64,000 nt of DNA, from contig CAWEDJ010000073.1 in the NCBI GenBank assembly GCA_963807635.1, positions 32,001-96,000 on the forward strand, read 5' to 3'. This stretch comes from an uncultured cyanobacterium. GTDB taxonomy: Bacteria > Cyanobacteriota > Cyanobacteriia > Cyanobacteriales > Microcystaceae. The notes beneath the pieces were generated by a model. That model was not told the origin of the DNA. It made no database searches and saw nothing but the letters and a program-made list of their open reading frames with translations. The position numbers and the translations under genes were made by a program. Positions 11,366 through 21,543 of the stretch are shown in pieces; within the stretch, counting starts at the first letter, position 1, and the number at the start of each line of letters is the position of its first letter.

Positions 11366-11572
11366 ATGTTATTAAAAGATAAGCGTGATGGAACCTTAAT
11401 CGCCATTGAAGATCCCATCAGTTTAATGAATCCATTTAAAAATAGTGTTGATGGTCGCATACAAGCAGGTGAAGAAGAACAACTCACTGAGGAATTTGCT
11501 AAGGATACGCTCATTTTTTTATCGGGAGAAAGTTTGCCCCGTTGTTGGGTAGATCCCCATTATCACAAGTAG
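11366..11572 (+). CDS. Small conserved hypothetical protein
   Basis: 68 aa with AGEEEQ and FxSGESLPRCWVDPHY, a conserved cyanobacterial motif. Confidence 0.7.
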   Translation: MLLKDKRDGTLIAIEDPISLMNPFKNSVDGRIQAGEEEQLTEEFAKDTLIFLSGESLPRCWVDPHYHK

Positions 11573-11635
11573 AAGGTAATCGAGGGTTGTCAATTTTTAT
11601 GGGAGAAGATCTCGCAAATTTGGGGACTTAATTTT

Positions 11636-12476
11636 TCAAAATAACTCTTTATTTTTCGTCCTCACACGCTGATATAACTCTTCCATAACTTCTAAAAAAG
11701 AAAGATCTTTATGCCAAAAGGGTGGAAAATCTCCGCCTTTTTTGACGATCAGGGCAGGGATATTCACATTCAGAAGCCGTTTCAATTTCCTGGGGTAATC
11801 GCTTTTCTCCTAACCAAAATTCTCTCGGAGAAGCCAGGGTTGTCGGGACTATTTTTTTAGGTCGAGTGTAATAGGAATCAAGGGCGACGGGGGCAATTTC
11901 TTCAGAATTTAAGGCAGAAGAAAGGGCTTTTCCTAAAGGCGATCGCGCCAATTCTTCTTGTAATTCGGTGCGAGAAATTCCTCGTAATTCAAATAACAAA
12001 AAAGGATCTTGGTCTAATTCCGAAGCCACTAGATAGTAAACGCCTGCAATATGTTTACAGGGATTTTCCCAATCGGGGCAGGAACATTTGGTTTCAAAAT
12101 CTGCGTGGCTGTTGGGTAATAGGTGTAAATTGAGTTCAGCAAAGGTCTCTTCAATATTGTCAGGAACTTCATTCATCAACAGTTTGGAAATCAAACTCGC
12201 CTTTGATCCCAAATGGGAAATCACCTTTGACCAATCTCCAGGGGCGATCGCGGCAATTTCTATCGTTGTTTTATAGAGTGGTTCTTTATAAACGCCAAAA
12301 TAGGGATTAACTGATCCTCTAACCTTGGCCGTGATTTTACCGCCATTAATTTGATATTCCTTAATTTTGCCATTACGAGCATAGGAACGTCCCCGTCCTA
12401 ACCTGCCCGAATCCGTAAAGTCTTCTAAGGCTTCAATGAAGCGTTTTCCCCACCAAGTTCTGCTGAATTGTGACAT
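11636..12476 (-). CDS. SWIM zinc-finger protein (apparent frameshift ~11768)
   Basis: RLGRGRSYAR, CSCPDWENPCKH SWIM motif, DPFLLFELRG. The C-terminus (GGDFPPFW) continues in another frame to TGA at 11636. Confidence 0.85.
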
Positions 12477-12569
12477 ATTTTTAGGTATTTCCTCCGCACG
12501 TTTCCCTAGTTAGTGCTAGTTTATCCTCATTACTTATAAATATATCAATAGAACAAAAAAATTAATCCT

Positions 12570-14090
12570 ATGATTTTACCGTTAGGAAAAGTCTATCTCA
12601 TCGGGGCAGGGATAGGCGCGATCGCCTATTTAACGATTCGAGGACAGCAAATTTTAAGCCAAGCAGAGGTCTTAATTTATGATGCTTTGGTGGATGAATC
12701 CCTATTAAATCTAGTTCCAACGAATTGCTTACTCATTAACGTCGGAAAAAGGGGAGGTTTACCCAGTTGCTCCCAAACTGAAATTAATCAATTATTAGTG
12801 ACTCATGTTTTGCAAGGTAAACGGGTCATCAGACTCAAAAGCGGTGATCCCTTTATTTTTGGGCGTGCTAATCCCGAAATTCAAGCATTAAAAGAAAATA
12901 ATTGTTCCTTTGAGGTGATTCCAGGAATATCTTCGGCGATCGCGGCTCCGTTATTAGCGGGTATTCCTTTGACGGATAAAGATTTGAGCCAATGTTTTGT
13001 CGTCCTCACGGGGCATGATCCCGAAAGCTTGAATTGGCAAGCCCTAGCCCAGATTGATACCTTAGTCATTTTAATGGGAGGAAAAACCCTACCGCGAATT
13101 ATTGCCTTGTTAGTAGAAAATTTGCGATCGCCTGAAACGCCTATTGCCATCATCAAAAATAGCGGCAGACCCGATCAACAGTTTTGGATCGGAACCTTAG
13201 CTGATATCGTAGAAAAAACCGATGGAATTAATCTTTCACCATCCGTTATCGTCATCGGAGCGGTGATTAATTTACGAACTATGGCCACGTCTTCTTACCC
13301 TTTAGCGGGAAAAACGGTTTTAATTACCCGTGCGGCGGAGCAATCCAGTCATTTTACTGAATTACTCACTGAACAGGGTGCTAATGTCCTAGAAATGCCC
13401 GCTTTAGTAATTCAACCGCCCTCTAGTTGGCAAGCCTTGGATGACGCGATCGCCGATTTATCTCGATTTCAATGGTTGATTTTGACTTCAGCGAATGGCG
13501 TAGAATATTTTTTTCAACGTTTACAAAAATCAGGCAAAGATAGCAGAGCTTTAGCAGGATTAAAAATTGCAGTTGTCGGTAAAAAAACGGCAATAACGTT
13601 AAAACAATATGGTATCAATGCGGATTTTATTCCCCCGAATTTTGTGGCTGATTCCCTGATCGAAACTTTTCCTGAAAACTTGCTTGATCAAACCATTCTT
13701 TTTCCCAGGGTAGAAACAGGGGGCAGAGATGTTTTAGTTAAACAATTACAGGAAAAAGGCGCGAATATAACCGAAGTTCCTGCCTATCAATCGGGCTGTC
13801 CTGAGTCTATGGCTCCCGACATTTGGCAAGCTTTAGTCAATCAAAAAATTGATATTATTACCTTTGCGAGTTCCAAAACCGTCCAGAATTTTTATACTCT
13901 CGTTAAACAAGCATTAAATCCCAATTCTCCAGAAGATTTATTAAAATTATTAGAACCGATTTGTTTAGCCTCTATTGGCCCTCAAACAACCCAAACTTGC
14001 CAACAACTTTTCGGTAGAGTCACCCTAGAATCCGAAGAATATACCCTAGAGGGATTAATCGCAGTATTAATAAATTGGTGTTTGAATTAG
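12570..14090 (+). CDS. cobA: Uroporphyrinogen-III C-methyltransferase / uroporphyrinogen-III synthase fusion (CobA-HemD)
   Basis: RLKSGDPFIFGR and PGISS in the N-terminal part; LITRA, LTSANGV, FASSKTV, SIGPQT in the HemD part. Confidence 0.93.
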   Translation: MILPLGKVYLIGAGIGAIAYLTIRGQQILSQAEVLIYDALVDESLLNLVPTNCLLINVGKRGGLPSCSQTEINQLLVTHVLQGKRVIRLKSGDPFIFGRANPEIQALKENNCSFEVIPGISSAIAAPLLAGIPLTDKDLSQCFVVLTGHDPESLNWQALAQIDTLVILMGGKTLPRIIALLVENLRSPETPIAIIKNSGRPDQQFWIGTLADIVEKTDGINLSPSVIVIGAVINLRTMATSSYPLAGKTVLITRAAEQSSHFTELLTEQGANVLEMPALVIQPPSSWQALDDAIADLSRFQWLILTSANGVEYFFQRLQKSGKDSRALAGLKIAVVGKKTAITLKQYGINADFIPPNFVADSLIETFPENLLDQTILFPRVETGGRDVLVKQLQEKGANITEVPAYQSGCPESMAPDIWQALVNQKIDIITFASSKTVQNFYTLVKQALNPNSPEDLLKLLEPICLASIGPQTTQTCQQLFGRVTLESEEYTLEGLIAVLINWCLN

Positions 14091-14152
14091 ATTTTTTGAA
14101 CTCCAATGGTACAATGCAGATTACCTATAAACGATGCAATTGGTAGGCCAAC

Positions 14153-15268
14153 GTGGTTTTAACAACTCTTTCTTCCCCCCATCCGATTTCAACCGTCGAA
14201 AATAATCTTTTTCCCCTCACACCGCCCCAGGACACACCAGCTTTAAAAATTTGGCTTGCTCAATGGGTTGAACGGATTATTGCGGGAGAACGAATCGATA
14301 AGGAAACCGCGATCGCTCTAAGCCAGATTGAAGGTCAGGAAAATATTTTGGCATTGTGTGAAGCCGCCGATGGAATTCGCCATGCCTGTTGTGGCAATGT
14401 GGTTGATCTCTGTAGCATTATCAACGTTAAATCGGGAAATTGCTCGGAAAATTGCGGTTACTGTTCCCAATCCTCCCACCACCAAAGCCCCGATGCTCCC
14501 GTTTATGGACTAAAAACCTCAGAAGAAATTCTTGCCCAGGCCAAAGCCGCAGCAGCAGCAGGAGCTAAACGCTTTTGTTTAGTGAGTCAGGGACGCGGCC
14601 CCAAGTATAATAGCCCCAAATCCCAGGAATTTGAAGAAATTTTAGCCACTGTCCGCCAAATCATTACCGAAACCCAGATCAAACCCTGTTGCGCCTTGGG
14701 AGAAGTTACCCTAGAACAGGCAGAAGAACTGAAAAAAGCGGGTGTCACTCGCTATAACCATAATTTAGAAGCATCAGAAAGTTTTTACCCTGAAGTTGTT
14801 ACCACTCACACCTGGCAAGACCGCGTAAATACCATTAAAAATCTCAAATCCGTCGGTATTCAAGCTTGCACGGGGGGGATTTTAGGCATGGGAGAAAGTT
14901 GGGAAGACCGCATTGATTTGGCCCTATCCTTAAGAGAATTAGAAGTCGAGTCCGTTCCCCTAAATTTACTCAATGCCCGCGAAGGAACCCCCTTAGAAGA
15001 CCGCCACAAACTTGATCCCTACGAGGCATTACAGGCGATCGCGATTTTCCGTTTTATTCTGCCGCAACAGATTATTCGTTATGCAGGGGGACGGGAAGCC
15101 GTCATGGGAAGCCTACAAAATCTGGGCTTAAAAGCGGGAATTAATGCTATGCTGGTGGGTCATTATCTGACCACCCTGGGGCAGCCGCCAGAACAGGATC
15201 AAGCCATGTTGCAATCTTTAGGATTAGAGGGGGGTGAAGCTCCAATTCCCGGTGAATATCCATCCTAA
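14153..15268 (+). CDS. bioB: Biotin synthase
   Basis: Radical SAM CSENCGYC, YNHNLE, GGILGMGE. Confidence 0.96.
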   Translation: MVLTTLSSPHPISTVENNLFPLTPPQDTPALKIWLAQWVERIIAGERIDKETAIALSQIEGQENILALCEAADGIRHACCGNVVDLCSIINVKSGNCSENCGYCSQSSHHQSPDAPVYGLKTSEEILAQAKAAAAAGAKRFCLVSQGRGPKYNSPKSQEFEEILATVRQIITETQIKPCCALGEVTLEQAEELKKAGVTRYNHNLEASESFYPEVVTTHTWQDRVNTIKNLKSVGIQACTGGILGMGESWEDRIDLALSLRELEVESVPLNLLNAREGTPLEDRHKLDPYEALQAIAIFRFILPQQIIRYAGGREAVMGSLQNLGLKAGINAMLVGHYLTTLGQPPEQDQAMLQSLGLEGGEAPIPGEYPS

Positions 15269-15910
15269 TTCCGACCAATCCGAGCAAACAAACGAATTGC
15301 CGACTGAAACCGTCAAACTCTCTTTGTTAACTGAGGTTTTGTTGTCAGTAATTGGTTTATTGCTGACTATTTTTAGTACATTTGCCGAAGCGTTCATTAC
15401 AAATCCGCCCTGGGAATGGATGTCGAAAGGGGTTTATTCCCACTCCCTTGGTATCACCTATCAGATTGGTGCGGTTCTTTTGACAGGCTGTTTGGGGGGA
15501 AAAATGTGGGGATTATCTCCCAGGTCAGCTATATTTTGCTCGGTTTAGCTTGGTTGCCGATTTTTGCTCATGGTGGCGGTTGGGATTATTGGAAAGAACC
15601 GAGTTTTGGCTACGTTTTAGGCTTTATTCCAGGAGCTTGGGTTTGTGGGATGATGGCTTTTCGTTCCAGAGCAAAAATTGAAAGCCTTGCCCTGAGTGCT
15701 TTGTTGGGTTTGGGAGTCATCCATCTTTCGGGAATTCTCTACCTGTTTATGTTAACAGGGCTTAAACTCAGCAATCCTCCTCTTTTAACCTGGGCGAATC
15801 TGTCCCAAGCTGTCCTCAACTATTCTATTTTGGCGTTACCTGGTCAAGGGATTTTGGTTTGCATGGTTGCTGTATTGGCATTTTTTATTCGTAAGGCTCT
15901 TTTTTATTGA
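15252..15910 (+). CDS. bioY: Biotin ECF transporter S component (apparent frameshift in G/A run ~15500)
   Basis: QIGAVLLTGCLGG, LPIFAHGGG, FGYVLGF; follows bioB. Confidence 0.88.
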
Positions 15911-16029
15911 TTCTAATTTTTTTTAACAGTAACGTAAATCCTGGTTTTTTCTGTCAGTATAAAAACAGCTAAATCAACTCTAAATTCTCCATACCTTAAT
16001 AAGTCAGCGATCGCTGATTTAATTCTTGA

Positions 16030-16131
16030 TAAACTGTTCATTATCTAAAATACATACAGATAAGGGGCTTAAGCCCCTTGTTACAAGACTTGCAATAAAA
16101 TCGTTATGCAATCTAAATTTGTGACAGATTA
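16030..16131 (-). mobile_element. 102-bp MITE-like element (family B), inverted copy
   Basis: Reverse complement aligns end to end with 32374-32475; central palindrome AAGGGGCTTAAGCCCCTT. Confidence 0.85.
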
Positions 16132-16438
16132 GGAACGCCAAAATACAGTTTCTGTTCAGTATTAATGATTGCAAAACTTAACTTAAAAAAAGACCTTGAA
16201 AAGAGATTAGAGTCTAGCGATCAGCAAGTTCTTTTTTAGAGCGATAGAACAGCAATACATCAAAAAATAGCCAATAAAATCTATCTTTAGGGTTAAGTAT
16301 GACAAGTTCCTGTATGATTTATAAGTTAGCTGAAATTTGTTGAAAAAAATAGTACCTGGGAATCCTATTGATTATCGTAAAAGTTAATCATTTTCGCAAT
16401 TAATACTTTCGTGTTATCGTTTAATCTATGGAAAATTT

Positions 16439-17257
16439 ATGTGGCTGAGAAATTCACTCTATTCAATTGCGTATCTAAACTTACTCGTTTCCCATCTGGG
16501 TGCAATCTACTGTTTGGTCGTTAGTATATCTTTTAACGCTGCACTTTATTTATTAGTGACTTACATAGTAAGAATGCTTGCAACGACGGTTTTTTTTCAT
16601 CGATTCATTTCTCATAAAAGCTTTTGTCCCGCCAATAGGTGGGTTACCTATATAGGGTGTTTCATCGCTTGCTCTGCTGGTCAGATGGGGCCGAGTTGGT
16701 GGAAAGTGCATCATCTTAATCACCACAAATATACAGATACTAATGAAGATCCCCATAGTCCTATCGCTCCTCATAAAGGAATCATCGGTTTGTTGTATGC
16801 TGAATTTGCCTGGGTATTGGTTCCCAAGTATGCTTATCCCGATGAATTACCCATAGATATTGAAAATGATCCTATTTTAAAGCTAATGGATAGGCTTCAT
16901 TTTATTCCGTCCTTAAGTCTTGCGTATCTGTCTCTATTAATGGGGGGAATGGACTTTTTTTTGGCTCTGTGTTTAAGTACAACTTTGCTATTTCATTCTA
17001 ATGGTTTTCTGAACTCCATCGGTCATCTGTATGGAAAACAAGATTTCATGACTAAAAATAGTAGCCGAAATAATTCTTTTGTTGCCGTTCTGACTCTAGG
17101 AGATGGATGGCACAATAGTCATCATGCTTTTCCAAAATCTGCGAGACACGGATATCAAGTTCGTCATGGTCGCATTGCGAAAGTGCCTGATCCAACATTT
17201 TGGTTAATTCAGTTAATGGGAAAATTGAAATTGTGTCATAAGCTGTTGTCCATTTAG
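16439..17257 (+). CDS. Acyl-lipid/acyl-CoA (delta-9-like) fatty acid desaturase
   Basis: Three His boxes HRFISH, HHLNHH..DPHSP and GDGWHNSHH; no HIP1 seen; stop codon lies inside the downstream MITE. Confidence 0.88.
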   Translation: MWLRNSLYSIAYLNLLVSHLGAIYCLVVSISFNAALYLLVTYIVRMLATTVFFHRFISHKSFCPANRWVTYIGCFIACSAGQMGPSWWKVHHLNHHKYTDTNEDPHSPIAPHKGIIGLLYAEFAWVLVPKYAYPDELPIDIENDPILKLMDRLHFIPSLSLAYLSLLMGGMDFFLALCLSTTLLFHSNGFLNSIGHLYGKQDFMTKNSSRNNSFVAVLTLGDGWHNSHHAFPKSARHGYQVRHGRIAKVPDPTFWLIQLMGKLKLCHKLLSI

Positions 17258-17340
17258 ATTGCGTAGCGATTTTTCTGAAAGCTCTGTAACAAGGGGCTTA
17301 AGCCCCTTGCCTTTATGCAATTTAGATGATTAACAGCTTA
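17239..17340 (+). mobile_element. 102-bp MITE-like element (family B)
   Basis: TAAGCTGT...ACAGCTTA terminal inverted repeats, core CAAGGGGCTTAAGCCCCTTG. Confidence 0.85.
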
Positions 17341-17619
17341 GTATCATTGAGTATAGTGATGATTTTTTAGAAACCAAAATCAAACAAAAATAATCACAGG
17401 TATTTTTAATGATCAATATTTCTCGATTATCCCTCAATAATCCTTCTCTACTCTATGGTGATCAAAGCATGAATACATTCGATGATCCTAATACTGAAAT
17501 AGGGGTTCCTAAAAAGGTTTATTGGGGATATTGAGATAATCCAGAGCTTATACAAATAACCCCAGAGGATTTTGTTAATGTATCTACTTGATTATTTTTA
17601 AGTAATTCTTATACCCGAT

Positions 17620-18111
17620 TTGATAATGAAAAAAAATGCTATTTTTTGGATAGCGGCGATCGCGGGCATCCTGTTAGACCAACTGAGTAAATCTTTAATT
17701 GCCTATCTCCTCCATCCTCCCGTAACAACCTTACCGATTCTACCCAATATTTTTCATTTAACCTATGTGGTCAATACAGGGGCCGCTTTTAGTCTTTTTC
17801 GAGGGGGAGCGGGTTGGCTAAAATGGCTATCGTTGGGAGTGAGTTTGGGGTTAATTTTTCTGGCTTGGCGATCGCCGCGAATGCCAAAACTTGAGCAGTG
17901 TGGCTATGGATTCATTTTGGCGGGGGCAGTCGGCAACGGCATTGATCGTTTTTGGTTGGGTCATGTTATTGATTTTTTGGATGTTCGTCTCATTAATTTT
18001 CCGATTTTTAATTTAGCAGATGTCTTTATTAATATCGGAATTTTTTGTTTGGTGTTAGCTAACTTTTCTCCCAATAGTGTCTCCAAAAAAAGAAATTCCT
18101 CCCCAAAATAA
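17620..18111 (+). CDS. lspA: Lipoprotein signal peptidase II
   Basis: DQLSK, NTGAAFS, GAVGNGIDR, VIDF, FNLAD. Confidence 0.95.
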   Translation: MIMKKNAIFWIAAIAGILLDQLSKSLIAYLLHPPVTTLPILPNIFHLTYVVNTGAAFSLFRGGAGWLKWLSLGVSLGLIFLAWRSPRMPKLEQCGYGFILAGAVGNGIDRFWLGHVIDFLDVRLINFPIFNLADVFINIGIFCLVLANFSPNSVSKKRNSSPK

Positions 18112-18130
18112 ATATTGTCCGAGTTTTCTT

Positions 18131-20135
18131 TTAATAAAAATTACAAGTTTTCTTTTCTTGGCCATTGATCGAGATGGGAAAGTGCATGGGATGGGATAGC
18201 TTTCCGCTTAATAGCCATTCTTGCAAATCCTCTGTTTTTTGAACTTGTTTTAATTGGGATTTTAACCAATCTCCTTCTAAACTTTCTTGATCTAATAAAA
18301 CTTTTGCGATCGCCTTTAACAAATCTTTATTTTTATCGAGGGTTAACAGAGCAATTTGGTGTGCTCCCTCAACAAGTTCTCGAATTTCCTGGTCAATCTC
18401 TTCGGCAACTTTTGGGCTGACAGAACGACGGGGACTGGCGATCGGGTCTAGAAATTGGGATTGAGTTTTTTCAAAGGCGATGGGGCTAAACGGTCACTCA
18501 TGCCGTACAAAGTTACAAACCGTTCGGCTAATTCCGTCACTTTTTGGATATCATCCCCCGCCCCCGTCGAAACTTTACCAAACATCAATTCTTCTGCTGC
18601 CCTTCCGCCCAATAGAGTGACAATTCGCCCCCGAATTTCATCTTCTAACATCAAAAACCGATCTTCTTCGGGTAATTGCAACGTATAGCCCAAGGCTCCC
18701 AAACCCCTCGGTACAATGGAAATTTTTTCCACAATACCCGCCCAGGCATCAAGGCTCCAATGATAGCGTGGCCAACTTCATGGTAAGCAACGGTTTTTTT
18801 CTCGACTTCATTTAAAACCCGTGATTTTCGCTCTCGGCCCGTGAGTAAACGTTCGATCGCCTCATTCAGGTCTTCCATTGACACCAGTAGATGATTTTTT
18901 CTAGCCGCTAACAGGGCCGCTTCATTAATGAGGTTAGCGAGATCGGCACCCGCAAAACCAGGGGTTCGGGCGGCGAGTTTATCTAAATCTACGTTATTTG
19001 CCAGTTTGACATCCTTGGCATGGACTCGCAAAATGGCTTCCCGTCCGCTCTTGTCGGGCCGATCCACTAAAACCTGACGGTCAAATCGACCAGGACGCAA
19101 TAGAGCAGGATCTAGCACTTCGGGGCGATTAGTTGCAGCCAGGAGAATTACCCCCGCATTCGGTTCAAAACCGTCCATTTCCGCTAAAAGTTGATTGAGG
19201 GTTTGTTCCCGTTCGTCGTTGCCGCCCATCATCGGGTTTGCCCCGACTCGCGATCGCCCCAGGGCATCCAGTTCATCAATAAAAACAATACAGGGAGCCT
19301 GAAGTTTTGCCTGCTCAAACAAATCCCTCACCCGCGAAGCTCCAATACCGACAAATAATTCAATAAATTCTGACCCAGAAATCGAGAAAAACGGAACCCC
19401 TGCTTCACCCGCGATCGCTTTCGCCAGGAGTGTTTTACCCGTTCCTGGTGGGCCGATTAATAAAACCCCTTTAGGAATTTTCGCGCCTAAATTAACGTAT
19501 TTGAAGGCATTTTTCAAAAATTCAACGATTTCTTGTAATTCAGCCTTGGCCTCATCTACCCCAGCTACATCATCAAAGGTGACTCCTGTACTGCCATTGG
19601 CATAAATACGAGCCTTACTTTTTCCCACATTAAAGGGAGCGGGATTATTCATTTGGCTACGACCGAGAAACCAGATCCAAATTGCCATGAAAATCAGGGG
19701 AGGAATGACCCAACCCAGGAGCGTCGAGAACCAACCACCCGCATCGTCGGGAAAGGCTGAAAATTTTATGTGTTTTGCTCGTAACAACTGGGATAACTCT
19801 TTATCCTGGGCGATCGCAAGAGTCCGCAAAATTTTGGGTTTTTCTGGCTGATCTGATGGGGGTTTATTAGTAGAAAAACTGGGTTTCAGGGCATATTCAA
19901 TTATTTTTGTGCCAATTTGTACTTCGGATACCTGATTAGCGTCGATTTGGTCTAAAAATTGACTATAGGGAACGAAAGGAGACTCTGCTCCCCGAAACAC
20001 AAACAAATTTAAAAATAAGAGCCACAGTAATAAAATCAGAAGATTGCGACCCACTCCGCCACGATTCGATTCATCGGGGACTTGTTTAGGCGATTGATAA
20101 TTAAGATTGTCATTCATAGGGATGGGGGCCAACAA
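18131..20135 (-). CDS. ftsH: ATP-dependent zinc metalloprotease FtsH (two apparent frameshifts, ~18740 and ~18485)
   Basis: Two TM segments, [35 protein letters not shown] across three ORF pieces. Confidence 0.93.
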
Positions 20136-20163
20136 AGGCTGAATGAAAAATCGGCGGTCATGA

Positions 20164-20835
20164 CTAACGGATCGGAGAGAGACTCTTCAATTGCTTGGCG
20201 GATTCTGCTAGACAGTCCCGTACTTCCTGGTCACTGGTTTGGGCAAAATTGAGATACCAACGACCGATCGCGTCTAAGGATTCGGGTTGGAGTAAACAAA
20301 CCACTTGGTCAACTTCTGCTTGAATTTTTGTACAGATATCAGGGGACGCAAGGGGAACAGCAACAATAATTTCTTTAGGTTGATGGGGTTTGAGGGAAGC
20401 GATCGCGGCTTGCATAGTTGCTCCTGTCGCAATGCCATCATCGACCAGGATAACCGTCTGTCCTGTCAAGCTCGGCCAGGGTTTGCCTTGTCGATAAAGT
20501 TGATCTCGTCTTTGCAGTTCCTCAGTTTCTTCTTTGACCACTCGTTCAATGGTTTCTGGTGAAATATGGGACAATCTCACCACGTCCGAATTCATTACCC
20601 TTTCCCCTGAAGCCGCGATCGCGCCCATCGCCAATTCCTTGTGATAGGGAACACCGAGTTTGCGGACAATCCAAACATCTAGGGGAAGATGGAGACGGGT
20701 CGAAATTTCAAAGCCCACAGGAACGCCTCCCCTCGGTAGGGCCAAAACAATCGCTTCTGCACAATCCTGATAGGCATTGAGTTTAGAGGCTAGGCGTTTT
20801 CCTGCTTCTCGGCGATCGGCAAATTGTCTATCCAT
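20164..20835 (-). CDS. Phosphoribosyltransferase family protein
   Basis: [32 protein letters not shown]-binding motif. Confidence 0.9.
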   Translation of the reverse strand: MDRQFADRREAGKRLASKLNAYQDCAEAIVLALPRGGVPVGFEISTRLHLPLDVWIVRKLGVPYHKELAMGAIAASGERVMNSDVVRLSHISPETIERVVKEETEELQRRDQLYRQGKPWPSLTGQTVILVDDGIATGATMQAAIASLKPHQPKEIIVAVPLASPDICTKIQAEVDQVVCLLQPESLDAIGRWYLNFAQTSDQEVRDCLAESAKQLKSLSPIR

Positions 20836-21171
20836 TCGGTTAATCCTCCTTTTCTTTCGCCCTACTTTAAAATCAATAATTTTTTCAAGGATTCGAGAAC
20901 TAAGTCATCCAATTAGCGATCAAACCAGACAAAATACCTTTAAATTTCTTTTTTTTAATGATTTTCCTAAAATACAATAATAAATTGATTTTTTTAGATT
21001 GACTTTAAGCTGTTAAAGTTCACAAAAATGATCAAAAATGTTAAGCGAGTATTTTTTCTCAAGTCTTGTTCTACATCCTTATTTCTAGGATAACAATTAT
21101 TTTTGTAAACAAATGTTACAAAATGAATGGGGTTAATTAATCTCAGATTTTATTATTATGTCAAATCTGCT

Positions 21172-21369
21172 GTAGGGACATAATAATATTATGTCCTCAA
21201 GATTATGTCTTCAAGGCAAATTTTGTCAACAAAAGAACCCGAATAAACTGATTATAAAATTCAAGAAATAATCCTAATTTTTAACAGTTATTTTTCTAAA
21301 TTAACTATATTTTTTCAAGAAATTTTTCTCTTCTTTCCGATACAAGGACATAATATATTATGTCCCTAC
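21172..21369. repeat. REPIN (inverted pair of family A REPs)
   Basis: GTAGGGACATAATAATATTATGTCCT at 21172 and AGGACATAATATATTATGTCCCTAC ending at 21369. Confidence 0.85.
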
Positions 21370-21460
21370 AGAGATTTTGTATATTGGTTGTTTGTAATGT
21401 GTTATCCTCAAAATTTTAGAAAATTATTATAATAGAAAATAAAGTCCTATAAGGTATAGG

Positions 21461-21480
21461 CAAGGGGCTTAAGCCCCTTG
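21461..21480. repeat. Family B core palindrome, solo copy
   Basis: Perfect 20-bp palindrome CAAGGGGCTTAAGCCCCTTG without the MITE arms. Confidence 0.8.
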
Positions 21481-21543
21481 TTAATCAAGCTTTGACCATA
21501 CCTTAGTTGTATGAATACCGCTATAAAATCATAAATACCAGTT

